This document shows positions 1 to 16,226 of a stretch of DNA of 64,000 nt, piece after piece. Position 1 is the stretch's first letter. Every line of letters begins with the position of its first letter. The stretch is from the NCBI GenBank assembly GCA_904063045.1, contig CAJFCJ010000010.1, positions 434,001 to 498,000 of the forward strand, read 5' to 3'. Source of the DNA: Dimorphilus gyrociliatus. Taxonomy: Eukaryota > Animalia > Annelida. The notes under the pieces were generated by a model. It worked only from the letters and a program-made list of their open reading frames with translations, had not been told where the DNA came from and did not search any database. The position numbers and the translations under genes were made by a program.

Positions 1-2754
1 TAGGCTTTAAATAGTTCTATTAGTGCTAATAATGGTATAACAAAAAGAGCTGCAGCAACCATTAGCCATCCCAAACCATTAGCCCAATCCGGATATACGT
101 ACCCACCATACTTGAACTTTTGATAATTACGTATGGAAAATCCCAAGATAAACTATATGCGTTAAAAAATAGAGAAAATATAATTTGCACCGATTAGAAT
201 ACTTAATCAAACGTACTAAAATTAAAGCAGGTGTGCAAAAAATCCACATTGCCAACCAATAATAGTCAGGTTTAAAGCCAAGCATACATTTAATATCTCT
301 GGAAAATCTTCTAAAATCTAATTGATTTGTTTGAAGAATATTCATTACTTGCAAACTATTATAATAATATCAATTGTTTTTTACCATATATCCATGCAAT
401 AGCAATTAGTTCCAGGAGGGATACAATCATCAAAGCATAGCTTGCTGAATAATTATCGAATAGTTGCATAACATAAATTCCTCCTCTCGAGCATTGTGGC
501 AAACCGATTAAAAAGAATAAAGAGCATATGAATGCGGTAAAAATAATTTTGTATTTTCTTAAAGTTTTAAATTCATCGGATATTGCAGTTATAACCGTTT
601 CCATCATGGTAAATTGACTGTCCAATCCTAAGGTTAGCAACATGATAAAAAATAATATAGACCAAAAAGTGGATACAGGCATCATTGCTATTCCCTCAGG
701 ATAGACTATAAATACTAGACCAGGGCCTAAGGAATTATTTAAATATTACTCAGTAATTAGCATAAATGCTACTTATCAAAATAGATATACCTCCATCTAC
801 TACATCTTCTATAGGCAATCCCGATCTATGAGACATATGACCAATCAGAGCAAAGACAGCAAATCCAGCTATAATTTTATTAATTAGTGAATTCATAGTA
901 AAAAGATACTTTAAGTTACCCAATATACTCGTGAAGCAGTTGAGAATAGCCACAAAGATAGCATCCCTATAAACATTATTTTTGAATTTATTATAGCTAG
1001 CCATCGTTTCCAAACCACCAAAGGCGACGCCCAAAGAATAGAATATTTGTGTAGCCGCATCATGCCAAGGCTATTTATGCAGAAATCTTTTTTTAATGCA
1101 AATTGTATGTGAAAAATTCTTGCCTTACCTTGGAATCTTTCAGATTTTCCCATTTAGGTATAACGTAATATTCTATACCATCTTTCGCTCCATCGAGTAG
1201 AGATCCCCGAATCAACAGAATGATTATAACAATGTATGGGAAAACAGCTGTAAAATATACGACTTTTCCAGACGATTTTATTCCCTTTATTAAACAAAGG
1301 AAAACAACAATCCACGATAAAAGAAGGCATAAGACCAAGTACCATTTGAACTCGGAAGTTGCATCATCAATGCCTCCGGATATGTCTAAAACTTCTCTCC
1401 TAATAAGGAAAACGTGTGTAATTTGTAGACAAAAAGAGATTTGATCCTATTCAATACTTACTCCCAATAGATTTGAGCAGGAGAAACAGGATTACACATC
1501 AACCCATAGTTCGATCCAATTGGCAAAGTACCATTGTCGCATTGTGCTCCTTAATTTTATTAAAGATGAAAGTCACAAATATTTATACATAGGATTAATA
1601 TATCATCAATCTCTTACTGATTTCTTCCCTCCTAATTGTCGCATTTTCTCCAAGATCTCTCAAACTACAATTGTACTTTGTTATCCACTCATCTTTGCAC
1701 TCTGACCACGGTACGTCAGATCGAAATGATGCAAAGAGGTAGTAAAAACCGTACGCAATTATCATATTGTAGTAAATACAAACAAGTGCCGATATTATCA
1801 CCATAGCATATCCAAGTCCTTTAAACAACGGCATTGCTGCCCAAACTGATATTGGTCCCAAAGAACCGTATTGACCAAATGCCATTTCAAGAAAAAAGAG
1901 TGGCAATCCAGCGAATATCAACATAATAACATAAGGAATAAGGAAAGAGGCTGTTCGTAATTAAAAATAAAAAAATTGAGCCTATAATCTTAAAATTGTT
2001 TTATGACAAAAAAACAAGATGAAAAGTAGGTATAAAAGTAAAGTAATAAAAGTTGAAAAGTTAAACAATTGTATAGTTGAAAACATGGCGATAGATGAAG
2101 AAAAATATTATACGTAGTTGTTACTTTAGCTACTATAAAATTGAATATAAGTACTGTTGGATATGCATAACTCCTTTAAGACTAATATTATCAAAGTACT
2201 GTAAATAAATAGAAAATAGAAGCACAATGCAAAAAATGAGAAATTTAAGCAGTGGTAAAGAATGACAAGTTAAAAGTTCTTATTTAACTCTTTTCTTTTT
2301 TGCTGACATATATATAATACCTTTTATAAACAAGTCAGTCTTTTCTCTCTTTTTTTTCATTATATCATTTAACTTAATAGACAACGTATAAGCGTAATAG
2401 ACTATTATATCCATATATTACAGACCTCCTCCATTTTCGTACGCTTTGAATGGAAATCTCCAAATATTACCAAGCCCCACTGCATATCCTACCGATGACA
2501 ATATAAAATCAAATCTCCCACTCCAATTTCCTCTTTTATCATTTTCATCGCCTTCGCAAGCAACTTTATTAGCGATTACCATTGAACCCTTAAAAAATAG
2601 ATTTAACATAAAGTTAAACATGAAAAAGTAAAGATTTTTAACAAAAGGACTAGTTTAAAAACACAATGCTAAATTCAAATTATTAAACTACAGGTAATGA
2701 AATAATATAAATTATACATTGGAGAAAGCATACCTTTTTATTCTTTCCAAACAT
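1..2754 (-). CDS. SLC6 (neurotransmitter:sodium symporter) family transporter, multi-exon, 3' end runs off the window
   Basis: Exons join through canonical GT-AG introns to give MFGKNKK|GSMVIANK...[37 protein letters not shown]|ASFLIPY..., [32 protein letters not shown] and [15 protein letters not shown], all SLC6 hallmarks. ATG at 2754-2752 is inferred from a phase-matched donor. Substrate (glycine/GABA/proline-type) cannot be assigned. Confidence 0.95.
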
Positions 2755-3709
2755 ATTGTCTACTGGATCTAAATCACTTGGAGCGATCAAATGTAAATTA
2801 GAAACTGCCAATTCTACAGTTTTCGTTCATTGAAATACTATTGTATAGGTCTACAACAAATTAATATTGAACAACGCGCTTGGGAATGAGCTGCCTGGAG
2901 CTTTTTTTTCACGCTATCCAAATTCTTTCCTTACTCATTCTATTCAATATGCTTTGTATAAAAATAAGAATACACTGACAACTACAATATATAAACAAGC
3001 ACTCTGTCAAAATTTGACATGGCACCGTAGAAAGCCTTTATTAAATATTTTCAAATTTTACAAGGTTGTCCTTGGACCATTTTAAGTTCTTATCATAAAT
3101 AGTATAAAGATACTAACTAGTGAATTCCTGTTTTGATCAGTTTCAAAAAGGCTAGGCTAAGAGGAATGCAGACTTTGTATTATTTAAATTATATTTATAT
3201 AATTTTATTATTCAGTTAAAACTTATTACTTTTCTTAATAAACTTATCACTTAATTAATAAATTAATGGCAAAATAGGAAATTGTATAAAATTTAAAAAA
3301 AAATGAAATATTTAATATCGAAAAGCTATGAAAATAATAAAGGGAGAGGAGGAGCATTTCTATTTTTTGCACAATGATAACAAGAGGACTGATTTTCAAC
3401 TTGAATAATATTGATTGATGATGTTTGTGATAACGAAAGAATGATTTTAGGTTTTTAAATAAATAAAAATGGTGCATAATCTCTAAGCAGGAATATTTGC
3501 TTTCAAACAAAAAATAAGAAACAAATAAATAGCAACAAATTTTCAAGTTAATGTTTTTTCTCATCTTATACTTTATATATATATATATATATATATAAAT
3601 GTATGTACACACAAACGATCTTGTGAATGAAATTCAAATGTAATTAAAAAAATATTTTTGATGAATACAAACAGTCAGCTTTTATAGTTCAAGATGGTGA
3701 ATGACTGAA

Positions 3710-4662
3710 CTATTTCAGATCCGCTCTCATTATATTTGATTTATCACCCCTGCAATCTGGACAGTACCATTTACCCTTTGGTTTTGTTATTAGTTTCATG
3801 CAATCAAAATGAAACCATTCAATTGAACAGCCATCATTGTCGCACCCGACCATTTGACCATAAGAAACTTGATTACATGTACAATATCTCGGTTCGTCTG
3901 GATCTATGTCACTTGATATGGACTTATCATCTTTCGACTGCTTTTTCCTTACTTCTCTTTTGACCTTTTTTATTTGCCTATCATCATCGATATCTTTTAA
4001 TTGTGATTCGGGTATCCTTTGTCGCTTCGATCGCTTTCGGGCGTCTAGGGAATTTCTGTCCTCGACCGAATGCTTCACATGTTTGTTAACTGGCTTGCTG
4101 ACTGGTCGGGGGGCTGACACGGTTTGCTTCATAGAATCCATTGTATTATCGGCAAACGATGGGTCTGTAGGAAAGATATACGTTTTATCATTCTTACATG
4201 ATTGATGACTAGGCTTAAATTACTATATATTACAAAATTTTGATAAAATATTTACCTAAATTTTCTAAATCATTTTGTAACTGCCTTGTATATTTGTCAA
4301 CGTACTCCTGAGTTTGTACTATTAGCTCATTTTGGCAGTCTAAATTTTCTTGATGGTTGATGAGAAGTCGATAGGTATTATTATACCATTTCTTTCGAGC
4401 AACATTATCATTTTCAATTTCTTCGAATTGTTTCAACGAGTTTTCAATATCATTTACTAGTTCTGAAAATACAGCACAGATTATGCACAGTAAAGATATA
4501 TACAGATATTTTCATACGTTGTGAGCGATAATCCAACTCTCTAATTTGGGTTGTGTTGTGAACGATGTCTTCTGGCAGATTTTCCGTTGTATCCAAATAA
4601 TTTTTTAAATAAACGGCACCACATATGGCCTCCACAGCAGCATTATTAATGCCCGGAGCCAT
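3710..4662 (-). CDS. ING: Inhibitor of growth protein, ING1/ING2-like (3 exons)
   Basis: N-terminal ING domain ([27 protein letters not shown]), a basic NLS region and a PHD finger ([48 protein letters not shown]). Introns are canonical. Confidence 0.93.
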
Positions 4663-5243
4663 GACTGCTAGCAAGCTGTGAATGCAGATTATAGTAAACG
4701 CAGTTTCCGCGATTTGTCTATTTCCGGTTTCGATACGAATTTCGATTATATCGAAGTTCGATTAATATTGCGATTTATCATTCGATTAATTAAAATTAAA
4801 TAGCCTATGTTTAAAGTTAAAGTTATCTAGGATTCATCCTTATATTCCTTATTGAGATCGCTAGCTGTTTGAATAATTATTTTTTTACGAAAAATGAATA
4901 TTTTTCATTCATATTAATGCTAGGGAAAAATATGTTCTATGTTCTAAATTACTTTTAAATATATTTAAGAAGGCAGAAATTATTAATATTAATCTAACTT
5001 TACAGTTTAACATTAATCTTGAAACTTTTTATTTATTTAAGTTTAGTAAATTTTTCTTATTATATATCATGCTGGCAAAAGAAATGTAATTTTAAAATGT
5101 CTCCTCAAAACAAAACATTTCAGCTCTCTACTTCACGATTTATATTTTTAAATATTACAAACAATTTTTCTGTATCATCATTGTTGAACAATAGTAATAA
5201 AAATAATAATAAATCGATTTGACATAAATCTTCGATCTTATAA

Positions 5244-5279
5244 ACTTCCGGTCAAAGCGTCAGTCGAATGCGCATGCGC
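5244..5279. promoter_or_regulatory. ETS-like (ACTTCCGGT) and NRF1-like (TGCGCATGCGC) motifs upstream of ING
   Basis: Exact motifs at 5244-5252 and 5269-5279. The same motif pair recurs upstream of NFXL1. Confidence 0.5.
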
Positions 5280-5550
5280 CAATTACAAGACACTGAAGCA
5301 GTTTGGAAAGCTGTTTCGAATTTTTCAAAACTTTATACTTAACGTTACCCATAGAAGTATTTGGCAGACAAAAATTCTTTGGTGTTATATTATCTTTTTT
5401 ACATCTAAAATAATACTTAATAATTCTATGTGCTGGGATATAAACATTTCGTTATTTACTTAATAAATCGAATAAACAATAAATAAATCTACGTGTTGTC
5501 AGTTGGACATAATGTTGAAAAATATAAAGAATTTCATTAGCATTTATTAA

Positions 5551-7349
5551 CTATTCACTTTTTGTTTTATTACGCTTAAGCAGTTTCCAACAGCACCTTA
5601 CAAGACAAACTGTGACAAATATGATGATTAGCAATACTATTAATATTAAGAATATAATAAGCATCCAAACATCAAATAAATATCTTTGAAATGTTGATAA
5701 ATTGTTAACGGCCGGTCTGAGATGGTCAGCACCAAACTTTGCCACGTGATTAATCCAAAATATAGCTTTTTCCGTAGGTTTAGGGGAAAAGTCGTTAAAT
5801 ATTGCTGATAGTTGAATAGACGCATTCAGATAGCTGAAATATGGGAGAAATTAGTTAAAATATAGGATGATTTGCTAATTATAAATTATTAAACAAACCT
5901 TGTATTTTCTATCAAATTACGAATTTTAGGGACAAGCTTGGTAAACTTATCGTTCCGTCCATCGTAAACTTCCGCAACACCTTTCTTACGTAATCTAGCA
6001 CCATTATCGATACCATCCCCACTGATTGGTATGATAAGTAAAGGAACAGCTGCCTTTACAGCCTCGTAAATACTATTCAAATCACCATTGGTGATAATTA
6101 ACCGACAATTCGGATTCTCTGTTGGAACAGAAGGTTTTAGGCTGAACATAATATAAAAATATTTAGTAACCTAGTAGCGCTGGTCTTGGTATTCTCCTGA
6201 ATTGATGTACGGTCATAGGACCACTGTTTACTGGGCATCTTAGAGACCAAATCCATTCAATATCGTTTACTTTTGATAATTCTTCTGCTAGAAAAAAGAG
6301 AAATTCTTCATCTGCGCAAAAATCATGCTCAGAGTCAATTGAAACGATTCCAAATGGATGACTTGCTAAAGATAAAAAATCCCTATCTAAATTCTCATTA
6401 GACTTTTCAGTTATCATGCCACCAACGTGAACAATATTAGGAGTTAGTGGACGGGGATAATCGAAAGACAAATCGGAATTGATCAACCAAAGTAAAGAAT
6501 TGGCTCTAATATCCCAAATGGATTTAGACGGTGATATGTTAAGTGAATCTTTGAGATCCGAATACTCCTTGTAAAGTTTCGATGCAAAGTACGATAGCGA
6601 ATAATGTAAAATAACACTTTGTATCCTTTGGCCATAGTTCATATCGTCTGGAAAACCACTGAAAAGAGGTGGTACCCAAGACATTGGAGTTGGTACAGAT
6701 GCATCCAAATAGCTAAGATAAGAAGAACATTCAAAAACTACAAAGTTTAGCTTTAATTTTTCAGCTAGTAAATAACCGCACGTAAAAAACTGTGTGATTT
6801 ATAATTATATGAATAAATTATTAACTTATAATATTATAGTTTTTCTATGATAAGACTATTGAATATTAATATATACATTGATAATTATAAATCACACTCA
6901 ACCTGATCGATAATTAAGAGATCAAAATTTTCTTTTTCCACTCTTTCAATAAAATTACTATCCGTTAACATTTTCTTACATTCCTGCACGAATGTTGAAC
7001 GAAGTAGCTCAGAATGTTTACCTTCGGACGAACTATTCCTTCTGAGTAAACTTTTTGAATGTTGTCGTAAAGCGTGACCAAAATTTTCTTCTTCTTTTTC
7101 AGATAGAGACGAAGACAATGCCAACTCTTTTACGTCTCGGGGTAATTTATGCTTTCGCCTTGATTGAATGAAAAATGTAATTTCATGATCCGTTCTATGG
7201 GCCAACTTTCCTGATAGAATTTTCATAAGTGTAAAATGGTCTCGGGGAGAGTATTTTGTTAGTGGTAAGGTTAGCATAAGCATCTTCTTTTCTCTTGAAG
7301 GTATAAATGACACAGTAACGAAAAATAACGCAAGATAGTAACGATGCAT
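5551..7349 (-). CDS. UDP-glucuronosyl/UDP-glycosyltransferase family protein with degenerate signature (4 exons)
   Basis: Signal peptide MHRYYLALFFVTVS, IIDQ|FFTCG, DLSFDYPRPLTPNIVHVGG, ITNGDLNSIYEAV, AIFWINHV, C-terminal TM helix and a KxKxx ER-retrieval end (KTKSE). Confidence 0.9.
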
Positions 7350-7471
7350 TTCTTTTTTTATTGTATATACGTTGAAACGAAAACGCGCCAATTCATGTAT
7401 TATCGCTCGAAAGTTACAATAATACCCTTTCGAAAACGCCTAAAGCTTCCAAAACTAATTAGTATCCATAA

Positions 7472-7639
7472 TTAACAATCTTTCTCATTCTTATCCAACG
7501 AATTTAACAACATACAAGAAGCAGAAATAATAAATCGACTGAAAGAAGGGAGTAAACCCTCTTTTTGGAAGCTGTCCAGCAGGCGTTGGAACACGTTTTG
7601 ATATTTTGCATCTCTGAAACACTGAAATTCTCTTGCCAT
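7472..7639 (-). CDS. Possible 55-aa small ORF or uORF immediately upstream of the UGT
   Basis: ATG-initiated MAREFQCFRDAKYQNVFQRLLDSFQKEGLLPSF...KDC*, following a ttttacAG acceptor at 7658. No homology recognised. Confidence 0.2.
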   Translation of the reverse strand: MAREFQCFRDAKYQNVFQRLLDSFQKEGLLPSFSRFIISASCMLLNSLDKNEKDC

Positions 7640-8524
7640 ATTCACAGGCAAAATTCCCTGTAAAACATTCTAATTACTTTTATATACAGCCTAAACGTTT
7701 CAAAAGCAGAATAATTATTATGTTAATACAGCTCTATGACATTTTATAATCGAACGGATAACAATAGAAAGGAAATTCTAATATGAATGCAGTCTATTAG
7801 TAATATTTTTAGAGACAAAGAAATCTTATAAAACATATAAGAATGTGTTCAACTGATGTAACGATTTACTTCCCTACCAAGAACAGAATGTTGATATATC
7901 TTATACTCTTCTTTGTATTTTATTACAAAGACTTTGTTTACTCTAGTTATGTTCTCTATTTATTTAACATTCCAGAAGTTTTACAGGTTTTATGTAAAAC
8001 GTACTTACGTTCTTAAACTATTATGCTTAATAGTAAACAAATTTATTTCATTATAACAGAAGAATGTAAATTTTAAAGATTCCTCAATCAAGACAAGAGA
8101 AACTGTCCAAGATCGAATGAGTAACTAAGAGTGATTAAGTCTACGAAGAGTCATCAATATAAGAAACTAAAGATAAATTCGAAATATATATAAAAATTAC
8201 GAATAAACAATAGAAACAAACAAATAAACAAATCATTAATAAATCCCTTTAATAGTAGAAATATCAAAGAAAACGTATGCTTTCCTTTCAAGATAGTTTC
8301 ATTTAGGAAGAAATATTATGACTAACATAATTGAGAAAAATAACCTATCATAGTAAACCATTTTTTGAAAGAAGCCAGGGTATTACATATGTATAGCCTT
8401 TGTGTATAACCATAGAGGGCGCTTATTGATGGCCTGTTCTATTATCATTTGCTGTGCTCTTTGTAAATTCATTTTCATACGGCTTACAATCATTAGATAT
8501 CAGAAGTGAAGTTTAAAAAAAAAT

Positions 8525-11500
8525 ATGTTAGGAGAGGTTGATGATCTAATAACGTTAGCTGAATTTAACGAGAATATCCTCGTTAATAGTTTGAAAGCTC
8601 GTTATCGACAAAATAAGATATACGTAAGTAGAAAGAAGGGAAAATATTTTTGAGTCATAAACATTCTGAATAATACTAATTGAATTTAGAATATATATTT
8701 ATACTTTAAATACAGTTTCTTTTATTAAACAATTAATTGTTTGTTATATTCTCTGCAGACGTATTTAGGAGATATTTTAGTTGCAGTTAATCCATTCAAA
8801 AGCTTGGGATTATATGGAAGTAAAGAGCAATTACTATATCGTAATGAAAGACGAACTAATTTAGCTCCTCACATATTTGCTATTGCCGACTCTTGCTATA
8901 GTAATATCTGTGGAAATGGACCAAATGAACCAAAAAATCAATGCATTATTATAAGGTTCTTATGAACTAGATTTTAAATATTTTAACTTGCTGACTCTTT
9001 AAAAAAATACTATTGCTGATATGATTTAGTGGAGAAAGCGGAGCAGGTAAAACGGAGAGTTCAAAGCTCTTAATAAAACAAATAGTTCACCTGAGCCAAG
9101 ACTTTTCTCCTCTAGAACAACAGATTGTTCAAGTATATTTATATATACATAATTTTTATTATAATATTAAAAATATCAATTTATCAGGTCAATCCATTAC
9201 TTGAAGCTTTTGGCAATGCACAAACTGTAATGAATGATAATTCAAGTAGATTTGGGAAGTATATTATGCTCAACTTTGTCAGAGGAGTCAGTAAGTTGAA
9301 CAGAAAAATCGAAACTAGAATTTTATTTTGTGAATGCCATCTAGTGTTTAAAATATATATTCACCTTATACCTCTCTAATTATATTTTCTGAAATAACAG
9401 TGGTAGGTGCGAAAATATCTGATTATCTACTAGAAAAATCTAGAATTGTTCATCAAAATGACGGTGAAGAGAATTTTCACGCTTTCTATTATCTTCTATC
9501 GTCTCCAGAAATGAAAGTAAAATGGAATTTAAAAGATGCTGAAGAGTATACGTAAATATACTTTTATATTATATATTTTTATTGCGTAATATATTAATTA
9601 ATATCTAAATTAATTCTCATTTTTGCTCTAGATATTTGAATAATGGAGCAATTTTTTCAAAAAATACAAATCTCATGAAAGAGAGATTTGATGATTTAAA
9701 AGATGCTATGGATTTAGTAGGATTTAGCGATGAAGAGCAAGAGCTGCTTTTTGAAATGGTCGCTGGGTGTTTAACTATGGGAAATATTCGTATGCAAGAA
9801 AATGAAAATGATGAAGTTTTAATTGACCAGAACTCGAATGAATTTCTATTTGTTGCGGTAAATGGGCTTTTTTATTCTCTTTCCCTGATAAGATAAGGAT
9901 TAAACACTTAAAAAAAACCTCAATTTATACAGAATTGCTTTGGACTGCATACAGATGAATTTTATGATATTTTAATATCAAATACAACCAAGACTAGAGC
10001 CGATACGATCACAAGAAATTATAGTAAAAAAGAGGCTAAAGGTTTTCATTTTTAACCTAATTAAATATTTATTTCGTATAGACTAATTGAAAAGCTTATT
10101 AAATTAAATAGACGTCAGAGACGCCGTAGCGAAATTTATATATGGGAAAATGTTTGGATGGGTAGTCTATCGTGTAAATCAATCCATAGCGTCAAAGGAT
10201 ACGAACTCTTATAAAAATTATCAGGAAATAGGAATTCTAGACATTTTTGGATTTGAACACTTCCAACATAACAGCTTTGAACAGGCTTGCATTAATTTAG
10301 CAAATGAACAGTTACAGTTTTTCTTCAATAAGGTATATATATATCTTTGTTATCTTTGTTATTTAAGTAAAATGAATGAAAAATTGATGGAATTTTTTGT
10401 TTCTCTCTTGCCCTTAGCATGTGTTCATTCTTGAGCAAGAGGAATATAAAAGAGAAGGACTAGAATGGAAAGATATTTCTTACGAGGACAATCAAGGCGT
10501 TTTAGATTTATTCTTAAATAAAACAAATGGAATATTAGCAAATTTGGACGAAACATGTAAATTACCAAGAGGAAATGATCAAGTGTTCTTTCAAAGTTTA
10601 GAAAATAAATTATCTGGGAATAATCTATTAATACTATCAAAGAGAAATCATCTATGTTTCTATATAAAACATTATGCGTCTCAAGTTGAATACTCGGCAG
10701 AAACTTGGGTTGAAAAGAATAAAGATACAATACCCAATAATATTGAACAATTGCTTTGCGGTAGTGAAAAGCTACTTATTCAAGAGATTTTTACAGGTAA
10801 ACTTTATTTTATCTCTTCAAAATTAAATTTTTAAACAAGTTTTATTTCTTTCCAGTCACTCAAGCAAATATCGACGATGATAAAACGATTTCTAAATCTA
10901 ACTTTAGAAATTCCAAAATGGTAATATAATATAATTCCCGTATTATCAATTCCGTTAAATTACTACAATTGGAAAACTTATAATTAACAGATTGCTTTTA
11001 CTGAAGTTAAAAAAAGAAAACATACAGTAGGCCTACAATTTAAGGTGAGAAGAACAAATATACATTATTTACTTTTAGTAACGGTTATAAAAATTGAATT
11101 GTTCAATAACATTCTATGTCATTTTCTTCTCTATTGTTTATGTATAATATACATGCTATATATCTAAATATATACATATATGCATATATATAGATATATA
11201 TTGTAACTTTTAATAGAAATCTCTGGAGACTCTGTTGGCTAGAATGTTATTATCTCAACCAATTTTTATAAGATGTATTAAGCCCAACACGAAGAAGATA
11301 TCAAATTCTTTTGATGACGAATTCGTTAAAGCCCAAGTTCGTATTTACTTTATTTACTTACCTTATACAACTCATATTTTCTAACTTTTTTTAATGTCAA
11401 CAGTTACTTTATACTGGTATGCTAGAGACAATAAAAATAAGAAAAGAAGGATTCGCTATTAGACCATCCTTTAATGAATTCTTTAATAAGTAAGTAAAAT

Positions 11501-12703
11501 AAAATAACAACGCCATCTAGAGTGCAAAAATGTGTAATAATTGAAATAGAAATTTCCCACAATGTTATTCAAGATTGTTTAAACGTATAATAGCGTAATA
11601 AATGAATCTATCCAATTTCAGATATAAGGTTATTTATTTCGGCTGTCCAATGGATAAGAGCAAAGATATTCGAGAGAAATGTAAACAAATACTTGAATTT
11701 ACTAAACTTAAGGGTTGGAAGATAGGAAAGACTAAAATCTTTTTAAAGCTCAACCACGTCGATGTTTTGACAGACAAAATATCTAATGTGTCAAAGTTGG
11801 TAGTGAAAATGCAAAAGAGTAAGTTCATTACTAGAATATATATATATATATATACTGTATATACTGGATATTTGTTAAAAATATACTATTATTAACTTAG
11901 TTGTTCGAGGCTTTTTGGATAGAAGAAGAGTAGAAAAGCTTAGGAAAATAGCAGAAAAGAAGAAAGAAGAAATAAAATCTCTGTTAAATTATACGGTTGA
12001 ACGAAACAATTTTATTATGAATTTGTTGCAACGTCATGTTGAAGAGGATAAAAAGAGAAATCAAGGTAAAAATTTACTCAAAGTTGAGGATGTTTAATTT
12101 TTACAAATGCTAAAATAATTTTACGTTTTTAAGGTAAGAAGAAACAAGAAGAAGAAAAACCTACACCTTTGAAGACGACGACAACAACAAATTTGCAACA
12201 GCCAGTAAGGATGAGAAAACCTCCAAGTCCGCCTAAGAGACACCCTGAAACTCCTGTACAGAGAGAACCTCCGTCTTTAAAGGAAGAAATTGCAGCATGG
12301 TTCGAAGAGAAAGAAAAGAAAAAGCTTTATGACCGTAACGGTTCAAAACCGTATTGGTTCCACGGAATGATAAAAAGAAGGTACAATCATATAGCCATTA
12401 TTTTTCAATAAATATTTCAGACCCGTATAATTATCATGTCCTTTTTTCCATAGCGATAGTGAAACTTATTTAAAACAACGCAAAAATGGAAATTTTCTTA
12501 TTCGACTCAGTGACACAAGATTTAACTACTCGTTGTCGTTTAAAACAGAAGAGCGATGTCGTCATTATATAATAGATTTAACTCTACACGGAAAATATGT
12601 TATCCGAAACGAGAAGAAAGTTCATAGGTCGCTTAATGATTTAGTTAACTATTACAGAAAACATCATATATCAAATTGGCCAAATGGTTATTTAGTTGAT
12701 TAA
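8525..12703 (+). CDS. Unconventional myosin with motor, IQ, coiled-coil/proline-rich tail and C-terminal SH2 domain (class XXVIII-like architecture), about 17 exons
   Basis: [23 protein letters not shown]-loop [52 protein letters not shown] motif IVRGFLDRR and SH2 (WFHGMIKRS|[20 protein letters not shown]...CRHYII...[10 protein letters not shown]). Stop TAA at 12701-12703. Confidence 0.92.
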
Positions 12704-14611
12704 TACAGAAATATTTTACAATTATGATAATTTCCATTTCGCCGCAATCGAATCATTTTATATTATTCTATTATGTCTATGCAATGTATATAAAACGCTT
12801 CAAAGCTTTCATCTAAGTTATAAAAAAACAAAATTATTTCTCATAAAAGGAAGAAATTTGAAAGAATACAACGATTTGGAATGTGAACGGTAGTAGCATG
12901 CGAAATCCATTAATAACCTAACTTTACCTTTTTATTTTTATTGGGCTTATATCTTCTCTCTCTCTCTTTTTTCTCTCTTTTTTTTTCTCTCTCTCTCTCT
13001 CGGTCTTTTCTAGAAAGAAAAATCACACAAAAATCCGTAAAGGAACATAAATATTCATTTAATATCCTATTATGGAAGGAAAGCCATTTTTCTAAATTTA
13101 CTCTTTTTCGTGTTAATATATCATTGAAAACCGTTTGTAAACTTCCAATTGACAGCGAAAAAGGCAGGGCTTTTCAAGCATTTCGAATAAATAATGGTCA
13201 AAATGTCGTCTGGGGAGTGATTAGCGGTAACTTTAACGCTTTTCTCTATTAATTGATTCAAGTGTTGCGGAGGGCAAAGGGCGGCGAATAGAAGATGAAG
13301 AATCAAGTTGAAGTAAGACTATTTATAAATAGAAATTCTTTAATAAAAGGTGAAAAATATTTTCTTATTTTCTGACGTTTATTTTAAGATTCTATCTAAC
13401 GATCAGTTTTTTGAGCTTATAAGCCTTGTATGACGTATGCCTTGAATAAGTGAAAGTTAGTTGCATGCTGCTTTGACGACGAAAGTATAAAATTGAACCC
13501 TCTTTATAAACTGATTCCTGCTGAAAAATACTTGAAGTAATTAGTATTTTGTTTTATTCATAATTTGATACGAAACTTTCCGTTCTTCTTTACGTTTCCT
13601 TTACGGAATTTATGAATAAAGATAAAATGATTTAAATAACATATTGTATTAACGATTACTACACGCTTATTTGTTATATTTAAATACAAAGCATTTCTTT
13701 TAAAAGAGATCAAAGTCTATATATTTTGAGAATATACCAGCACAATACTCTCATCCTTTTCATGTTTTTTGTTGGATAAACCTCTCACGGCCGATAACAA
13801 TCTTTATTTAACATTATATTGCGATGTTCTTAATACATTATAAAAGTTCTATATCTCTATATCAACCAACGATAAATGTTCATTTTGAAAAAGGGGAATT
13901 TCAATTAGTGCGAACGTTACACATTAACGCTTTTTAGGAATGACGTCACAGCGCAGCATCTTCTCTTTAAACGATTCGGCAGCCGTCAGAATAGGATCAA
14001 AGTTCGATGCGCACCATGCACGACCGTTTTACACCAATTTTCAATTTACTGTGTTTAGATATGACGCTCTTCTTCTTTGATGTTTACCGCTATTGTACGC
14101 AACTAAAAAAGCAAAGTTTTTTTTAAATCAGCTCTTCGTATACGTTCTTAAAGTGGCCGTAAAAACGAGCAATAAAATCATGATACTCCCCGTGTTCTTC
14201 CATTTCGTTCTTCCACCTGCCGCCCCCCGTTGCCGCCCACTTTCGACGCCGTTCTGACTTTCTCCAATCTTGGAGGAAGTGTGCTATTATCACCTGTTCT
14301 CATTCTCTGTTACCAGCTGAATGTCTCCTTGGACGTCATTCATGTTTTAACTCTTACACACTTCCCGTTTCGGCGAACGTCGTATATCACGGTTGATTAA
14401 CTACTACAATTGATGAAAGAAGAGTCAGCGTTACAAAATAGACGCCTACCTGCATCTTCAAAGGTTTAATTTCTTTTCTCAGTGTCAGCGAAGTTTCGCC
14501 GTTAACCAATAGTAAGGGAGCCCAGCTCTGATTCGCTGTCATCAGACAATCCTATTTGCATAAGCCCGGGGAATTTTTATTTATACTCGAAGAAGATACA
14601 GTTGAGAAAAC

Positions 14612-16226
<1,615 letters not shown>

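Noticed and set aside
8000-8524. Myosin III kinase exons upstream of the motor
   Set aside because: No kinase motifs are present. The ATG at 8525 begins directly with the motor domain.
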